Assembly (NCBI GenBank): GCA_963677495.2
Contig: CAXXOU010000001.1
Location: 288,001 to 352,000 of the forward strand
Source: Candidatus Cloacimonadales bacterium
Lineage (GTDB): Bacteria > Cloacimonadota > Cloacimonadia > Cloacimonadales > JAFGVF01
DNA: 64,000 nt
Direction: 5' to 3'
The position numbers and the translations under genes are program-made. Shown piece by piece: positions 45,113-56,524 of this stretch. A model generated the notes under the pieces. It saw only the letters and a list, made by a program, of their open reading frames with translations, did no database searches and was not told the DNA's origin. Every line of letters begins with the position of its first letter. Within the stretch, counting starts at the first letter, position 1.

Positions 45113-47479
45113 TTATCCGATTAAATTATCAATAACATAATCCCAATCAAGATTACCTTGCACAGAGTTTACAGCTGCTTCTCTGAGTTTCATATAGTTA
45201 GTATGATTCTCATGATACATTTTGTAAGCATTTCTAAGGAAATCAGTCCAAGTTATTGGGCTTTGATTAGGTACAATAAATCCATTATGGTTAGGTTGAA
45301 TCATCTCTTTAGGACCACCAACATTGGAAACTATAGCAGGGCAACCGCAAGCGAGACTTTCAAGGATTACCATACCGAATGTATCAGTAACACTTGGGAA
45401 AACAAAGAATTCTGATAAGTTGTAGTATTTAACCAAATCTGTTCTCGGGATTGCCCCGGTGAAAGTGATGTTTGGTACATCTTTAAGTTCTACTTTCATC
45501 TCATCAGCATAAGGACCACTACCGGCAACCACTAGTCTGATATCAAGTCCTTCTTTGTGCAGATTCTTCACAGCTTCAGTGAGGATATTCAAGCTCTTAT
45601 CTTTAGAAACTCTACCTGCATAGAAGAGAGTGAATTGGTCTTTCTTTTTATCAATAAGTGAACTATTCTCGTTTCTGTTTGTATATGGTCTGAAGATTGT
45701 CCCCTCGATACCACGTTTGAAAATAACCATCTTACGAGGGTCAATACCTCTAGTTTCAAGGATATTAATATACTCCTGAGTAGGAACGCTAACAATGTCA
45801 GCCTGGTTGAAGAACCACTGTTCGTAAGCATCAATGATCTTAGATGCTTTCTCATCACCGATAATATGATAAGCTTCTTGAGCAAAGTCAGTGTGATAGA
45901 TTGCTTTAGTTCTTATCTGCATCATCTTACCAACAAAAAGACCGAGTAAGCCTAATGGTCCCGGACTTGAGATAATAATCTCATCAGGGCGTTCTTTATT
46001 TATAATCTTAAGAGCTTTTAGTAATGATGGAATCTTTATCTTCTGACATTCGTAGAATGGAAGTTTGAAATCATACATGGATGGAAGATTTACGTAGTTG
46101 ATTGGGATGTCTGGAGAATGCTCTTCCTCGTGGAGTGATGAAAAGATTTTCACATTGAAACCTCGCTCAGACATCTCTCTCCCCATCTTCTTGATAGTCA
46201 TCGAGACACCGTTCAGGTCATTAACTGTATCGCTGAACCAGAGTACTTTTTTTAAACGGGAACCTTCCCTTATGAGCATTCTTCTTTTTAACTCGCTGAG
46301 GAGATTAAGTGTTTTATGCATATGTAAGAAAGAACTAAAAAACGGTGCCATAAGGAAGATTCCCGGTATTGCACTGGAGAGATTACGAATCAAATCTACT
46401 ATATTGAAGTGGGCAATATCCTCTTCAAGAGAGCGTAGGAAAATTTTGAAATATTCATCACATATCTCATCTACTTTGTCATAAACTATATCTAGTTTAG
46501 TATCGATATCTATCTCAGGGTTTTCTTGTAAAGTCTCTACGAGCTCTCCAAATAGGAACTTTATTCTATCCCCACGCTTTTCATTAAAAGTTTTGAATGT
46601 CTTTGTTTTAACCTTATCCTGCCAAGTTTGCTTCTTAGACTGGAAGATGGTTTCCGTAAAAGTACTGAAGAAAGAGTTATTATTAAGCTTCTTACCATGT
46701 CTTGTGTAGTCATAAGCAATTTTATACACTGTAAAAGCTAGAGAGTGGTAGTTATTATGACGTCCCTTACCTACACTCTTTCTATTTCTAATACCATCAA
46801 TATAGCTCTTAAGACTGTCTGAATCAATATCTGTATATGATTTAGCATTAAAGATTCCCGCATGGTCATCAGAGCCACCGGTAAAACCTTTAATCCATGG
46901 GTTTGAGCTGATGGGAGTTATATCATACTTCTCGGTTAACTGCATGATATGTGCCGGTGTTAAGGCTTTGAGAATACTGGTCCAACCACAATTGTTAGCT
47001 TCGTTTCTTCCACCGTTAACTTCTTCAAATACATCAAATAAAAGGATTAACTTCTCAAGATGCTCAACAGTCAAACGCCCATTAACTGAATAGGATGCAT
47101 GAGCTACTGAATACGCAATATTGCTTGAAACAATATATTCTCTGAGTTTATATATATCTTCTCGCAGAACGTTTATATGATCGAATTCTTCTTCAGTAAT
47201 ATCGAAGATAAGGATATGAATCTTACATCCATCTTCCGGGAAGTATGTTGTAGTCTCAACACTTATAAACACATCATTTGGGTACTTTTCTTTGAGGAGC
47301 AATGCTCCATCAATCTTATTGTGATCTGTAAGTGTAACGTAATCCATACCCAATTCTTTACATTTCTTATAGATAAAGAATGGATCAGTGTAAGACTCCT
47401 TTGCTCCTAATCTTTGTAGGAACCATTCCGATGGATGCTCGGAATACAAAGAATGACAGTGCAGGTCGGCTCTTTGCAT
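45113..47479 (-). CDS. PHP-domain / GT4 glycosyltransferase fusion
   Basis: N-terminal DLHCHS, TDHN and GGSDDH; C-terminal DTVNDLNGV, YHTDF, YAGRVSKDK and FPSVTDTFGMVILESLACG. Confidence 0.9.
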   Translation of the reverse strand: MQRADLHCHSLYSEHPSEWFLQRLGAKESYTDPFFIYKKCKELGMDYVTLTDHNKIDGALLLKEKYPNDVFISVETTTYFPEDGCKIHILIFDITEEEFDHINVLREDIYKLREYIVSSNIAYSVAHASYSVNGRLTVEHLEKLILLFDVFEEVNGGRNEANNCGWTSILKALTPAHIMQLTEKYDITPISSNPWIKGFTGGSDDHAGIFNAKSYTDIDSDSLKSYIDGIRNRKSVGKGRHNNYHSLAFTVYKIAYDYTRHGKKLNNNSFFSTFTETIFQSKKQTWQDKVKTKTFKTFNEKRGDRIKFLFGELVETLQENPEIDIDTKLDIVYDKVDEICDEYFKIFLRSLEEDIAHFNIVDLIRNLSSAIPGIFLMAPFFSSFLHMHKTLNLLSELKRRMLIREGSRLKKVLWFSDTVNDLNGVSMTIKKMGREMSERGFNVKIFSSLHEEEHSPDIPINYVNLPSMYDFKLPFYECQKIKIPSLLKALKIINKERPDEIIISSPGPLGLLGLFVGKMMQIRTKAIYHTDFAQEAYHIIGDEKASKIIDAYEQWFFNQADIVSVPTQEYINILETRGIDPRKMVIFKRGIEGTIFRPYTNRNENSSLIDKKKDQFTLFYAGRVSKDKSLNILTEAVKNLHKEGLDIRLVVAGSGPYADEMKVELKDVPNITFTGAIPRTDLVKYYNLSEFFVFPSVTDTFGMVILESLACGCPAIVSNVGGPKEMIQPNHNGFIVPNQSPITWTDFLRNAYKMYHENHTNYMKLREAAVNSVQGNLDWDYVIDNLIG

Positions 47480-47724
47480 TTTTTCTCTCCTCTTTCATGC
47501 ATTTTACTTATTATTTACACAAATTATGTTAATATAGCATAAGAAAATGGTTAACTGTTTGTTATGATTGCAATTAATATTATTTTAAGGCTATTGGACA
47601 TGTTTGAGCCGGAATCTAACCTTGAATAGGTTAACTCATTGAAAATTGTTTAAATATGCAAAAAATAATATTCTTGACAAGTTTAGAGATATAATGTCAA
47701 ATTTGCATATAGAAGGAGGATTCA

Positions 47725-50334
47725 ATGAAGAGACTACTAATAATGATGTTTTGTATGATACCATTTTTAATATTTTCTACAACTAGAACTGTAAATTGTG
47801 ATGGATCAGCTAATTATATTTCTATCCAATCAGCAATTGATGCAGCTATTAGTGGAGATATTATTCTTATAGAAGAGGGAATCTATTATGAGGATGTGCT
47901 TGTATCAGATAAATCACTAACTATCACCAGTTTGTTTTATAATGATGCCAATGAATCCCATATAGGAAATACTATCCTTGATGGTGAGAATCAACACCAA
48001 CTACTTACCATAAGCATGCAGAATTATTCTCATTCTGTTGAAGTTATAGGTTTAACTTTGCGAAATGCAAATGGACTACAGGATGCAAGTAGCATTTTGT
48101 CAGGTGGAGCCATCAGTGCAAAACAGACGAATTTAACAATTAGTCACTGTAGCATATATAATAATATAGGCAAATATGGTGGTGGTTTATTTATTGCTAG
48201 TTGTGAAACTACGTTTATAGCAAACTCGGTTAGAGACAACAAAGCCGCAATCATGGGAGGAGGTTTATTCCTCCAACAATACCATGATTACTATGACTTG
48301 CCAATTGTGTTTGATGTTAACGATAGGAACAATTTCTACAATAATTACGCTTCCGGTGGCTTAGACCTCTGCATTAGACATACAGACTATAATGTTGCTG
48401 CGTATTGTGATACACTAGGTATTGATGGTTTGGATTTCTATAGCAACATAATAACAGACGGTTCTAACGACATGCATGAGATAGCTTATGTTGTAGCCGG
48501 AGCTGAATATCTTGATAGAGTAAATGCAGATTTGTATGTTTCGTTAGATGGTGACGATAATAATGATGGTTTAACCCCCACATCAGCATTAAGGTCAATA
48601 AGGCATGCTGCTGCTGTTATTGCTCCGGATGAATATAATCAAAGAACTATCAACATGCTTCCCGGTGAATATACCCTAACTGACGATGAGATGATGTTCC
48701 CGTTTTCGCTTAGAGATAATACCATTCTATCGGGAGCTGGTCCGGAGTTAACGATTCTTAATTGTGAAGACATGAGAGGACATATTGTTAGCAGAAACGG
48801 AATCAGTAATGTTGAAATACGCAATTTAGCTATGGTAAATCATAGAATCTCAGAAGAGGGTAGAATTGGGTTCCCTTTTGCTATTGATTTTAAACCTTTA
48901 GATGACACCGGTTATGAAATTCAATCTAACAGCTTGTTGATAGATAATGTACATTTTATCCAAACGAACTACCATGACCCACATCAGATGAATGAATTCG
49001 TTTCTTTCGGGAGCAGTTCAGTTTCAATAACTAATTGTCAGTTTGGTTCCTATGATGTAGATAGTGAGATAACGTTGAGTTCGATAAGGGGTTCAGGTAT
49101 TCACGATCCGAACGATACCGGCACTATAAGGATTTCAAAGAATAAGTTTATTAATCAAACAGATCAGATAAGAATATCATCCGGAACCGGAGACGTTATA
49201 ATTGATAACTGCTTATTCGACTCAAGGGAAGCTCCTACATTTTTTACTGAAGGTCTTAGATTTTATATATTCATTAATGGTCAGTTCAATACAAGTATTG
49301 TAAACAACTCTATCTGGGGAGACCATTATAATAGTCATGTTTCATCCTGTTTGTGTATCCACGTCGAGAACTCCTATGATGGAAGTGATATTATTGCTAA
49401 TATTGCGAATAATATAGTTGTTGATAACCTCGAAAACAACTTAATAGGTTCAATTCAGTTCGTCGATAATAATTACTATGGCTACAATAACCAGATGTAT
49501 GTTAACAGCAATCTTTTACCCGGTGGAGAATCAATGGCTGGTTCAGCAGTTCATGATGGTCAATACGTATTCTGGGATGGTAACTTAGATGCCGAACCCC
49601 ACTACACCGGATATGGAATAAACGGTTTGATGTTAAATGAAATATCACCTTGTATAGACAGCGGAACATTGAATTTACCAGTCGGATTCGAGCAACCGGC
49701 AACAGACATTGCCGGGAATTCACGTGTATATGGCGAAAACATCGATATGGGTTGCTATGAATGGCAAGGTAATATAGCTGACTTCACTATGCAAGCCATT
49801 GGAAATACTTTCCCAATCGAAATAGAGTTTACTCCTTACTACAACTATCCGATAGATACTATTGCTTGGGATCTTGACCTAGATGGTGTGATAGATAGTT
49901 ATGAGATGAATCCTGTTTGGTCATATCCTGATTTCAATGGACATAATGTCGGGATGTATATCAATGAGGGTGAAGCTATAGAGGTTAAGTATGACTGTAT
50001 TCAACCTACTACACCTATTATTGAAGAAACCAACGATACTCCGGAAGCTAATGAACTTTTAGCTTGCTATCCAAACCCGGTAAGACTCAGTACCGGCAAT
50101 GTAGTTGTTAAATACAATGTGAAAGAGGTTGGGAATGCTGTTCTGAATGTCTTCAATATCAAAGGCCAGCTAGTGAAGTCTATCAGTGCAAGTAATCAAG
50201 CTAAAGGTAGTAACACTTTGTTCTGGTACCTTACAGACAATAGAGGTGTACATGTGCCTTCCGGTATTTATATCTATAATCTTAAGCAAAATGGAGAGAC
50301 AATCGGAAAAGGACAGATTACAGTAGTTAAATAG
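47725..50334 (+). CDS. Secreted parallel beta-helix (pectin-lyase-like, DUF1565-like) protein with PKD-like and FlgD-Ig-like C-terminal domains
   Basis: SIQSAIDAA.SGD, GGGLF repeats, LYVSLDGDDNNDGLT, SPCIDSG...IDMGCYE, WDLDLDG and YPNP...FNIKGQLVK. Confidence 0.8.
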   Translation: MKRLLIMMFCMIPFLIFSTTRTVNCDGSANYISIQSAIDAAISGDIILIEEGIYYEDVLVSDKSLTITSLFYNDANESHIGNTILDGENQHQLLTISMQNYSHSVEVIGLTLRNANGLQDASSILSGGAISAKQTNLTISHCSIYNNIGKYGGGLFIASCETTFIANSVRDNKAAIMGGGLFLQQYHDYYDLPIVFDVNDRNNFYNNYASGGLDLCIRHTDYNVAAYCDTLGIDGLDFYSNIITDGSNDMHEIAYVVAGAEYLDRVNADLYVSLDGDDNNDGLTPTSALRSIRHAAAVIAPDEYNQRTINMLPGEYTLTDDEMMFPFSLRDNTILSGAGPELTILNCEDMRGHIVSRNGISNVEIRNLAMVNHRISEEGRIGFPFAIDFKPLDDTGYEIQSNSLLIDNVHFIQTNYHDPHQMNEFVSFGSSSVSITNCQFGSYDVDSEITLSSIRGSGIHDPNDTGTIRISKNKFINQTDQIRISSGTGDVIIDNCLFDSREAPTFFTEGLRFYIFINGQFNTSIVNNSIWGDHYNSHVSSCLCIHVENSYDGSDIIANIANNIVVDNLENNLIGSIQFVDNNYYGYNNQMYVNSNLLPGGESMAGSAVHDGQYVFWDGNLDAEPHYTGYGINGLMLNEISPCIDSGTLNLPVGFEQPATDIAGNSRVYGENIDMGCYEWQGNIADFTMQAIGNTFPIEIEFTPYYNYPIDTIAWDLDLDGVIDSYEMNPVWSYPDFNGHNVGMYINEGEAIEVKYDCIQPTTPIIEETNDTPEANELLACYPNPVRLSTGNVVVKYNVKEVGNAVLNVFNIKGQLVKSISASNQAKGSNTLFWYLTDNRGVHVPSGIYIYNLKQNGETIGKGQITVVK

Positions 50335-50490
50335 CTTATAGTATATAGCCTATAACTTATACCGGGAACTTAGGTTCTTGGGATGAGGATGAATCTAGCC
50401 GTGTAAACAAAGGTATTTCCTTGTGTTCTCATAACATTGATACACATAGAGAATATGTATTATCGGAATCTGTTTTCACTTTTACATTAA

Positions 50491-50641
50491 GCTTTCACTG
50501 CACCATCATAATACACGGGACTTTCTCGGGATTTTGCAGTGACTTTAGTGGAAATTTCTCGGGTATAGCCCCGAGTGATTCCCGAGGGAGTCCCGCGAGA
50601 TTCCCGTGTAAGTCCCGTGTATTGTGATAGGGTAATGAAGC
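50491..50641 (+). repeat. 11-nt-periodic rod inverted repeat, subtype A
   Basis: TIR gctttcactgcaccatcataatacacggga/tcccgtgtattgtgatagggtaatgaagc; apex ctcggg-tatagc-cccgag; five cccg units at 11-nt spacing. Confidence 0.88.
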
Positions 50642-50850
50642 AGAAATGAGAGTAAAACTATGGAGTGCACCGTCTATGTCGGTGCGTCTTGTCACATAAG
50701 CTCGAACTTTAATCTCCCAACCTAAAAAAGCTATTTCCAGATAAGGAAAGAAGAATACTAACAGTCTTAAATGGACTTCTGTTGAAAGATGAAACAAATG
50801 CTTGACTATTTAAAATTACAACTATGTTATATATATTAAAGGAGCGAATC

Positions 50851-51321
50851 ATGATCCACTTTCTAGTATATTTAAGATATTTTATTGTGTTTGCAACAGT
50901 ATTCATGGGATTTTACTTTCAGACATCAAATCCCACTTTATCATTACGCCTTGTGAGTATGGGACTCGTGGGCTTCACCGGTATCCTTAGTTTTATTAGT
51001 CACGTTCCACTCCACAAAGCTGATTCAAAGAGATTAGGCTGGGAAACAGATCGACCTGATTGGCAGTTTGAAGTTGGTTTCGCAAACCTTGCGTTTGGTG
51101 TACTTGGAATTATTGCTAGTATGAATGCTTTTTGTGACCAATCTAGAAGTGTGATTATCACCGCATACGGAATTTATCTGTTCCAAGCTGCAATATTACA
51201 TCTTGTAAGAGCTTTGCAGTCAAAACCTGTGAATACAAAGAAGCTGATACTTAGTAGTGGGCTTACATTCGTATTTGTTGCATTTATGGCATATTTTGTA
51301 CTTAGTAACCTACAACATTAA
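50851..51321 (+). CDS. Small integral membrane protein (DUF6790-like)
   Basis: GW....WQFEVGFANLAFG motif, several TM segments, ATG 50851 with RBS aaggag. Confidence 0.65.
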   Translation: MIHFLVYLRYFIVFATVFMGFYFQTSNPTLSLRLVSMGLVGFTGILSFISHVPLHKADSKRLGWETDRPDWQFEVGFANLAFGVLGIIASMNAFCDQSRSVIITAYGIYLFQAAILHLVRALQSKPVNTKKLILSSGLTFVFVAFMAYFVLSNLQH

Positions 51322-51335
51322 TATAGGGAGAATAA

Positions 51336-52340
51336 ATGAAACATAGTATATATAAAAAAGGAAAAGAGTTTTTAGGTGTTGATTATCCCATTCTATCAGG
51401 TGGAATGACTTGGATTAGTGACTTTGAACTAGTAAAAGCTGTTAGTGATGCAGGAGCATTCCCTGTTTTTGCAGGTGGAAACATGCCTCCGGATTTATTT
51501 GAAAAAGAGGTTGATAGGCTTATTGATGAGATAAAAAAGCCTTTTGCTATAAACCTAATTACGATTGCTCCAAACTACAGAGCTCATTTCGAAATTCTGC
51601 TTGAGAAGAAGGTAGAGTTCGTTGTCTTTGCGGGTAGTTTCCCAACAAAGAAAGATGTGCAACTCATGAAGCAATCAGGTAAGAAAACAATCTCCTTTGC
51701 CTCTACTGAATCAATTGCTGAAAAGCAGATAAACTGGGGTATTGATGCCCTTATCCTTGAAGGAAGTGAAGCCGGTGGGCATATCGGACATGTATCGCTT
51801 ATAGTCTTATTGCAACAAGTACTCTTCAAGTTCAGAGACTTCCCTATCTTCGTTGCAGGAGGACTTGCAACCGGTGAAATCATGGCACACCTCTTTCTCA
51901 TGGGTGCTTATGGTATCCAGATGGGTACAAGATTTGTGATGAGCGATGAGTGCACAGCACACGAGAAGTTCAAAGTTGCATTCAGAAGAGCGCGTGCCAG
52001 AACAGCAATTGCCACCCCTCAATACGACTCAAAACTCCCCGTGGTTGCAGTAAGAGCTCTTAAAAACAAGGGTATGGAGAACTTCGGGAAGCTTCAGTTA
52101 GAGCTACTCAAGAAATTGGAAGCAGGTGAGATAAACCGTGAAAAAGCACAGTACGAAGTAGAAAACTATTGGGCCGGTTCTCTCCGCAAAGCAGTAGAAG
52201 ATGGTGATGTAGAGAGTGGTTCATTGATGGCTGGACAAAGCGTAGGCTTAATCTCAGACATCAAACCTTTGAAGCAGATTGTAACCGATCTCTTCGATGC
52301 TTGTGATGCGGAGTTGGAGAGGATAAAGAAGCTCATTTAG
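51336..52340 (+). CDS. FabK-like enoyl-ACP reductase II / nitronate monooxygenase family flavoprotein
   Basis: YPILSGGMTWIS, EGSEAGGHIG, AGGLATG, QMGTRF and GSLMAGQSVGL. Confidence 0.88.
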   Translation: MKHSIYKKGKEFLGVDYPILSGGMTWISDFELVKAVSDAGAFPVFAGGNMPPDLFEKEVDRLIDEIKKPFAINLITIAPNYRAHFEILLEKKVEFVVFAGSFPTKKDVQLMKQSGKKTISFASTESIAEKQINWGIDALILEGSEAGGHIGHVSLIVLLQQVLFKFRDFPIFVAGGLATGEIMAHLFLMGAYGIQMGTRFVMSDECTAHEKFKVAFRRARARTAIATPQYDSKLPVVAVRALKNKGMENFGKLQLELLKKLEAGEINREKAQYEVENYWAGSLRKAVEDGDVESGSLMAGQSVGLISDIKPLKQIVTDLFDACDAELERIKKLI

Positions 52341-52440
52341 CTTCTCTGTTAAAGATTGTGAGAGTCAGTTAAGTGTTATTATTCCTTGACTAATAACTTT
52401 CACGCCTACAATTTTGATGTTTATGAATATAGGAGGAAGA

Positions 52441-53262
52441 ATGAAATTCTTTAAATTACTATTGGTATTACTCTTAGCTTTTACAATGCTTGGAGTTGTA
52501 GGTTGTGAAGATGATGATGACCAAACATCTACAGGTCTTTACTTAGTCGATCCTTTCGAGGAAGGTGGAGAAACAATTAATGGTCTTGATTGGGCTGTTA
52601 TTGGAAGTATGGATAACTCTTTCAAAGATAACGATGTCAGCTATATCTATGTTTTACCATTATATGACAGCATTTGGGATGAGCCATATCCATTCTTACA
52701 AGATATCTCTCTTACAATCGGTGGAGAAGAAATTACTCTTGAAATGTTTAGTGATTCCGAGTTTTACAGCATTCCATTATGGGTTGGTGCCGTAACAATG
52801 ACAACAGGTGCTACTTTTACTTATAACTTATCAGTAACTGAAGTTAACGGTACTTCTCACAGTTATAGTGCTAATCTTGCATCAGTTTATCCTACAACAA
52901 CATTTAACTGGCCTGACACAATCGTTCAGGGTGGAGCAGTTGAAGTAAGTTGGACTCTACCACAGAACAACCAGTATCAGCTCGCTAATTGCACATCGTA
53001 TGATTTCTACTATGAGAATGATGATGAATATGAGAAAGAACTTGTTAACAGTATTAGAAGTTATACATTCCCTGCAAACTGTGTTGATGACTTTGGTGTT
53101 GGCACTGAATATGATTATTGTATAGATCAAATCAATCAGACAACAAACGGTAGATTCCTTGTTGTTAGTGGTTATAGCAACTACATGGAGTATTATAAGA
53201 AAGGTGCTCCATCACATATCGAAAGAGTTGAAAGATTCAAAAGAATACTTAACCTTAAGTAA
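52441..53262 (+). CDS. Hypothetical lipoprotein
   Basis: ATG 52441 with RBS aggagg; signal peptide ending VVG-C followed by acidic EDDDD. Confidence 0.8.
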   Translation: MKFFKLLLVLLLAFTMLGVVGCEDDDDQTSTGLYLVDPFEEGGETINGLDWAVIGSMDNSFKDNDVSYIYVLPLYDSIWDEPYPFLQDISLTIGGEEITLEMFSDSEFYSIPLWVGAVTMTTGATFTYNLSVTEVNGTSHSYSANLASVYPTTTFNWPDTIVQGGAVEVSWTLPQNNQYQLANCTSYDFYYENDDEYEKELVNSIRSYTFPANCVDDFGVGTEYDYCIDQINQTTNGRFLVVSGYSNYMEYYKKGAPSHIERVERFKRILNLK

Positions 53263-53278
53263 TTATTACAATTATCTC

Positions 53279-53307
53279 AAGCCTGCTGAGATTTCAGCAG
53301 GCTTTTT
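53279..53307 (+). terminator. Intrinsic terminator
   Basis: aagcctgctga-gatt-tcagcaggcttttt. Confidence 0.88.
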
Positions 53308-53472
53308 CTTTATCTAATATACCATCTGATTACGAGCTACAACTTCTTCAAAGTAGTAACAATCGTAATTATGCTTCAACAAAACAGAGAATCGTGTTGT
53401 AAAAAAAGCATTTAAGACTTGACTAATGAAGATGTTATGAGATAAGCAACTATCTTAATGGGAGACGGGTAA

Positions 53473-54669
53473 ATGAAAAAAGAAAAAGTCATGCTAGAGA
53501 AAATCATGTATTTGGGCAACATGATGACTCAGCTAAAAGATACCGATGTTCTGATGGAGAACATACTGACAGAGGCAAGAAAACTCAGTCATTGTGATGC
53601 AGGATCAATTTACAAATGTGATGGGGATCAATTAATATTCAGTTACACTCAGAATCAAACGCAACAAGATGAACTTCCAATTGGAATTAAGCTAGTCTAT
53701 AGCAGTTTTAAAATGGCAATAGATGAGAATTCAATCGCGGGATATGTCGCAGTTAACAATAAGGTTTTGAATATTGATGATGTTTACGATATTATGGACA
53801 AAGAACCTTACTCCTTTAATCCATCATTCGATCAGAAAACAGGATACCATACTCAATCGATGATTACAATACCAATGCCAACTGCTACAGGGAAAATAAT
53901 CGGAGTGTTACAGCTGATAAATGCATTGGATGAGGAAGGCAATGTAATCCCATTTGATAAAGAGAATATTCCGCTTCTTAAGCACTTTGCAAATACCGCT
54001 GCTGTTGCCCTTGAAAGAGCAGATATGACAAGATCGATTATTCTTAGGATGATAGGTATGGCAGAGCTCAGAGATCCAAAAGAAACAGGAGCTCATGTTA
54101 ATAGGGTTGGAGCATTTTCGGCGGAGATATACGAAGCTTGGGCAATAAAACACAAGGTTTTACCTCGTGAAATTCAGCACTATAAAGATTTGCTCAGAAT
54201 TGCAGCGATGTTACACGATGTGGGTAAAGTTGGTATTGCTGATGCTATTTTGAAGAAACCCGGAAAACTTACTGATGAAGAATATAGTACTATGAAAACA
54301 CACCCAACAATTGGTGCAAATCTTTTTGGAGATCCTCATTCTGAGCTTGATCAGATGTCACGTGATATTGCTTTATGCCATCATGAACGTTGGGATGGAC
54401 GTGGATATCCGGGAGTTTGGAATGAAATTGAAAAGAAAAATAACGAGCTTACAGGTGAAGAGATTCCTCTTTGGGCTAGAATAGTAGCACTTGCTGATGT
54501 GTTTGATGCATTATCAAGTAGAAGAAGTTACAAGGAAGCCTGGGGACCGGAAGAAGTGTATGCAGAATTGCAACGCTCTGCCGGAACGCAGTTTGATCCT
54601 GAATTAGTTGATATCTTTATGTCTATAAAAGAAAACTTGCAGGAGATTAGGAAGAAATATCCGGATTAG
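53473..54669 (+). CDS. GAF + HD-GYP cyclic di-nucleotide phosphodiesterase
   Basis: GAF (SIAGYVA, FDQKTGYHTQSM, GVLQLIN); ETGAHVNRV, LHDVGKVGI, HHERWDGRGYP and ADVFDAL. Confidence 0.93.
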   Translation: MKKEKVMLEKIMYLGNMMTQLKDTDVLMENILTEARKLSHCDAGSIYKCDGDQLIFSYTQNQTQQDELPIGIKLVYSSFKMAIDENSIAGYVAVNNKVLNIDDVYDIMDKEPYSFNPSFDQKTGYHTQSMITIPMPTATGKIIGVLQLINALDEEGNVIPFDKENIPLLKHFANTAAVALERADMTRSIILRMIGMAELRDPKETGAHVNRVGAFSAEIYEAWAIKHKVLPREIQHYKDLLRIAAMLHDVGKVGIADAILKKPGKLTDEEYSTMKTHPTIGANLFGDPHSELDQMSRDIALCHHERWDGRGYPGVWNEIEKKNNELTGEEIPLWARIVALADVFDALSSRRSYKEAWGPEEVYAELQRSAGTQFDPELVDIFMSIKENLQEIRKKYPD

Positions 54670-54813
54670 GAGATTTCCAGATATATATTTCCTTAGGAAT
54701 TTTTTTCATTGACAACTACATAAGATATTCCCATATTTACAGATGATATTGTTTAAGATAAATGATTTTAATGCTTATTCCATCTGCATTTACAAGCTGT
54801 AAAGGGAGTAGTT

Positions 54814-56331
54814 ATGAAAAAACTTGTTGTTATCCTTGCTCTAATATCTTGTTGGACATTCCTAATAGGGTTCGAAACTATTTGTAAAAATTATACAAAT
54901 TCACATGAGCTAACGATACCACAATTATATGTTTCTGTAACTGGTGATGTTCCAAGTGACTCAATAGGAGTATTAAAGCTATATTTTACATCGTTGAACT
55001 GGGATAATCCAAATTTTCATTTCTATTCTGACTCTTTAACAACATTCTCCATAAATGAGGTTGAAGAGGGTTTCTACCAACTTCACTGTATTGCCTGGGA
55101 TCAAAATGGCAATCAATTTAAGGCGGGAGTTTATGGAGATTCGATTATTCCAACTGCAGTGGAAGTAAATGATGAGCTGATTGGCCAAACTTTGGGCATT
55201 AACTTAAACCAAGATTATTGGGAAAATACGAATGTAGTAGGACATCCCGTAACTAGTGGGTCAATAGTAACATACCCATATGTAAACATTTGCCAGGGGA
55301 AACCTTATCCTAGCTATTCACATTATTATGTCGAAAATGATTTTTTGTGCATAGAAAAAAAAGTAAGTTGGGATAACTCATCCAACTCATTTCTAGAGAT
55401 TGAATACAATTCTGGGGCAAATCAACTACTTAAAATAAATAACTTAAGTATAAATGATACATGGGAAAGTATTCGCGTAGTAGGAGATAGTACGACTCCA
55501 ACCTATTGGCATGCTGAGGTAGTATTTAGTGAAACACAACAGTTTAATGGAGAAGAGTTTCAAGTATATGTAGTTGAGACAATAGACCCAATAAACACAA
55601 GAACTTGCTACATATATATGGCTGAAAATATTGGGATATTAATGACACTTATCTATAACAACTATAGCCTGTATGCTGGTTCGATACTAGGTGATTATCA
55701 AGTTGAGGGAGACGATACGTTTTTTCCAATCTCTACACAAAACTATTGGTCAAGATTACCCATTTGTTCCCAAGAAACACCATGGAATTTAAGGCTTGAT
55801 AACCAATCCGTTCTTCGTTGGGAAGGTCCAGTTTATAACAATATTGATTATGATGGATATAGGATTTATGCTGGGGGTGATGTGATTGATGAAATTGATT
55901 TTCAATACCGTAGTTATTCTCTTCCTTTGGATGAAAATCGAACACAATATTCTGTCTCTGTATCTGCATATAATGATGAAGTAGAGAGTGGTCATAGTAA
56001 CTCTATTGAAGTCTCAATGACAGCTAATGAGAATTCTTCGATAAATATTCCCAAGTCATCTCTTCACAATTGTTATCCAAATCCATTCAATCCGGTCACC
56101 AACATTTCATTCAATATCGCTGAGTCATCGACACACACATCTATCATCGTATATAATGTTAAAGGACAGAAAGTAAAGGAACTATGTGATTCAGTACTCA
56201 AAAGAGGAGAGCATAAAATCCAATGGAATGGTCTTGATGATGATAAAAGAGAGGTTTCATCGGGTGTATACATCCTAAGGATGCAGACAGGAGTTGATTC
56301 AGACACACAGAAGTTGATACTTCTTAAATGA
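54814..56331 (+). CDS. Secreted hypothetical protein with FN3-like and FlgD-Ig/T9SS-like C-terminal domains
   Basis: Signal peptide; CYPNPFNPVT...YNVKGQKVK...WNG...SSGVY...KLILLK. Confidence 0.8.
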   Translation: MKKLVVILALISCWTFLIGFETICKNYTNSHELTIPQLYVSVTGDVPSDSIGVLKLYFTSLNWDNPNFHFYSDSLTTFSINEVEEGFYQLHCIAWDQNGNQFKAGVYGDSIIPTAVEVNDELIGQTLGINLNQDYWENTNVVGHPVTSGSIVTYPYVNICQGKPYPSYSHYYVENDFLCIEKKVSWDNSSNSFLEIEYNSGANQLLKINNLSINDTWESIRVVGDSTTPTYWHAEVVFSETQQFNGEEFQVYVVETIDPINTRTCYIYMAENIGILMTLIYNNYSLYAGSILGDYQVEGDDTFFPISTQNYWSRLPICSQETPWNLRLDNQSVLRWEGPVYNNIDYDGYRIYAGGDVIDEIDFQYRSYSLPLDENRTQYSVSVSAYNDEVESGHSNSIEVSMTANENSSINIPKSSLHNCYPNPFNPVTNISFNIAESSTHTSIIVYNVKGQKVKELCDSVLKRGEHKIQWNGLDDDKREVSSGVYILRMQTGVDSDTQKLILLK

Positions 56332-56524
56332 ATTCAACAGTTTTAGTTGTTAAGCTCGACTTCAAGATTGGCTATGCATCTGCTTATTAGTCCCTCTTGT
56401 TCACTAATAATGAGCATATTATTTTTTATGATGAAGGATAAATTAATAGCAAATATACATAAAAATGAATATCTTTTTGTTTCTCTATTGACACCTTTCG
56501 GAAGCACAAAAAACTACCTGTAAT

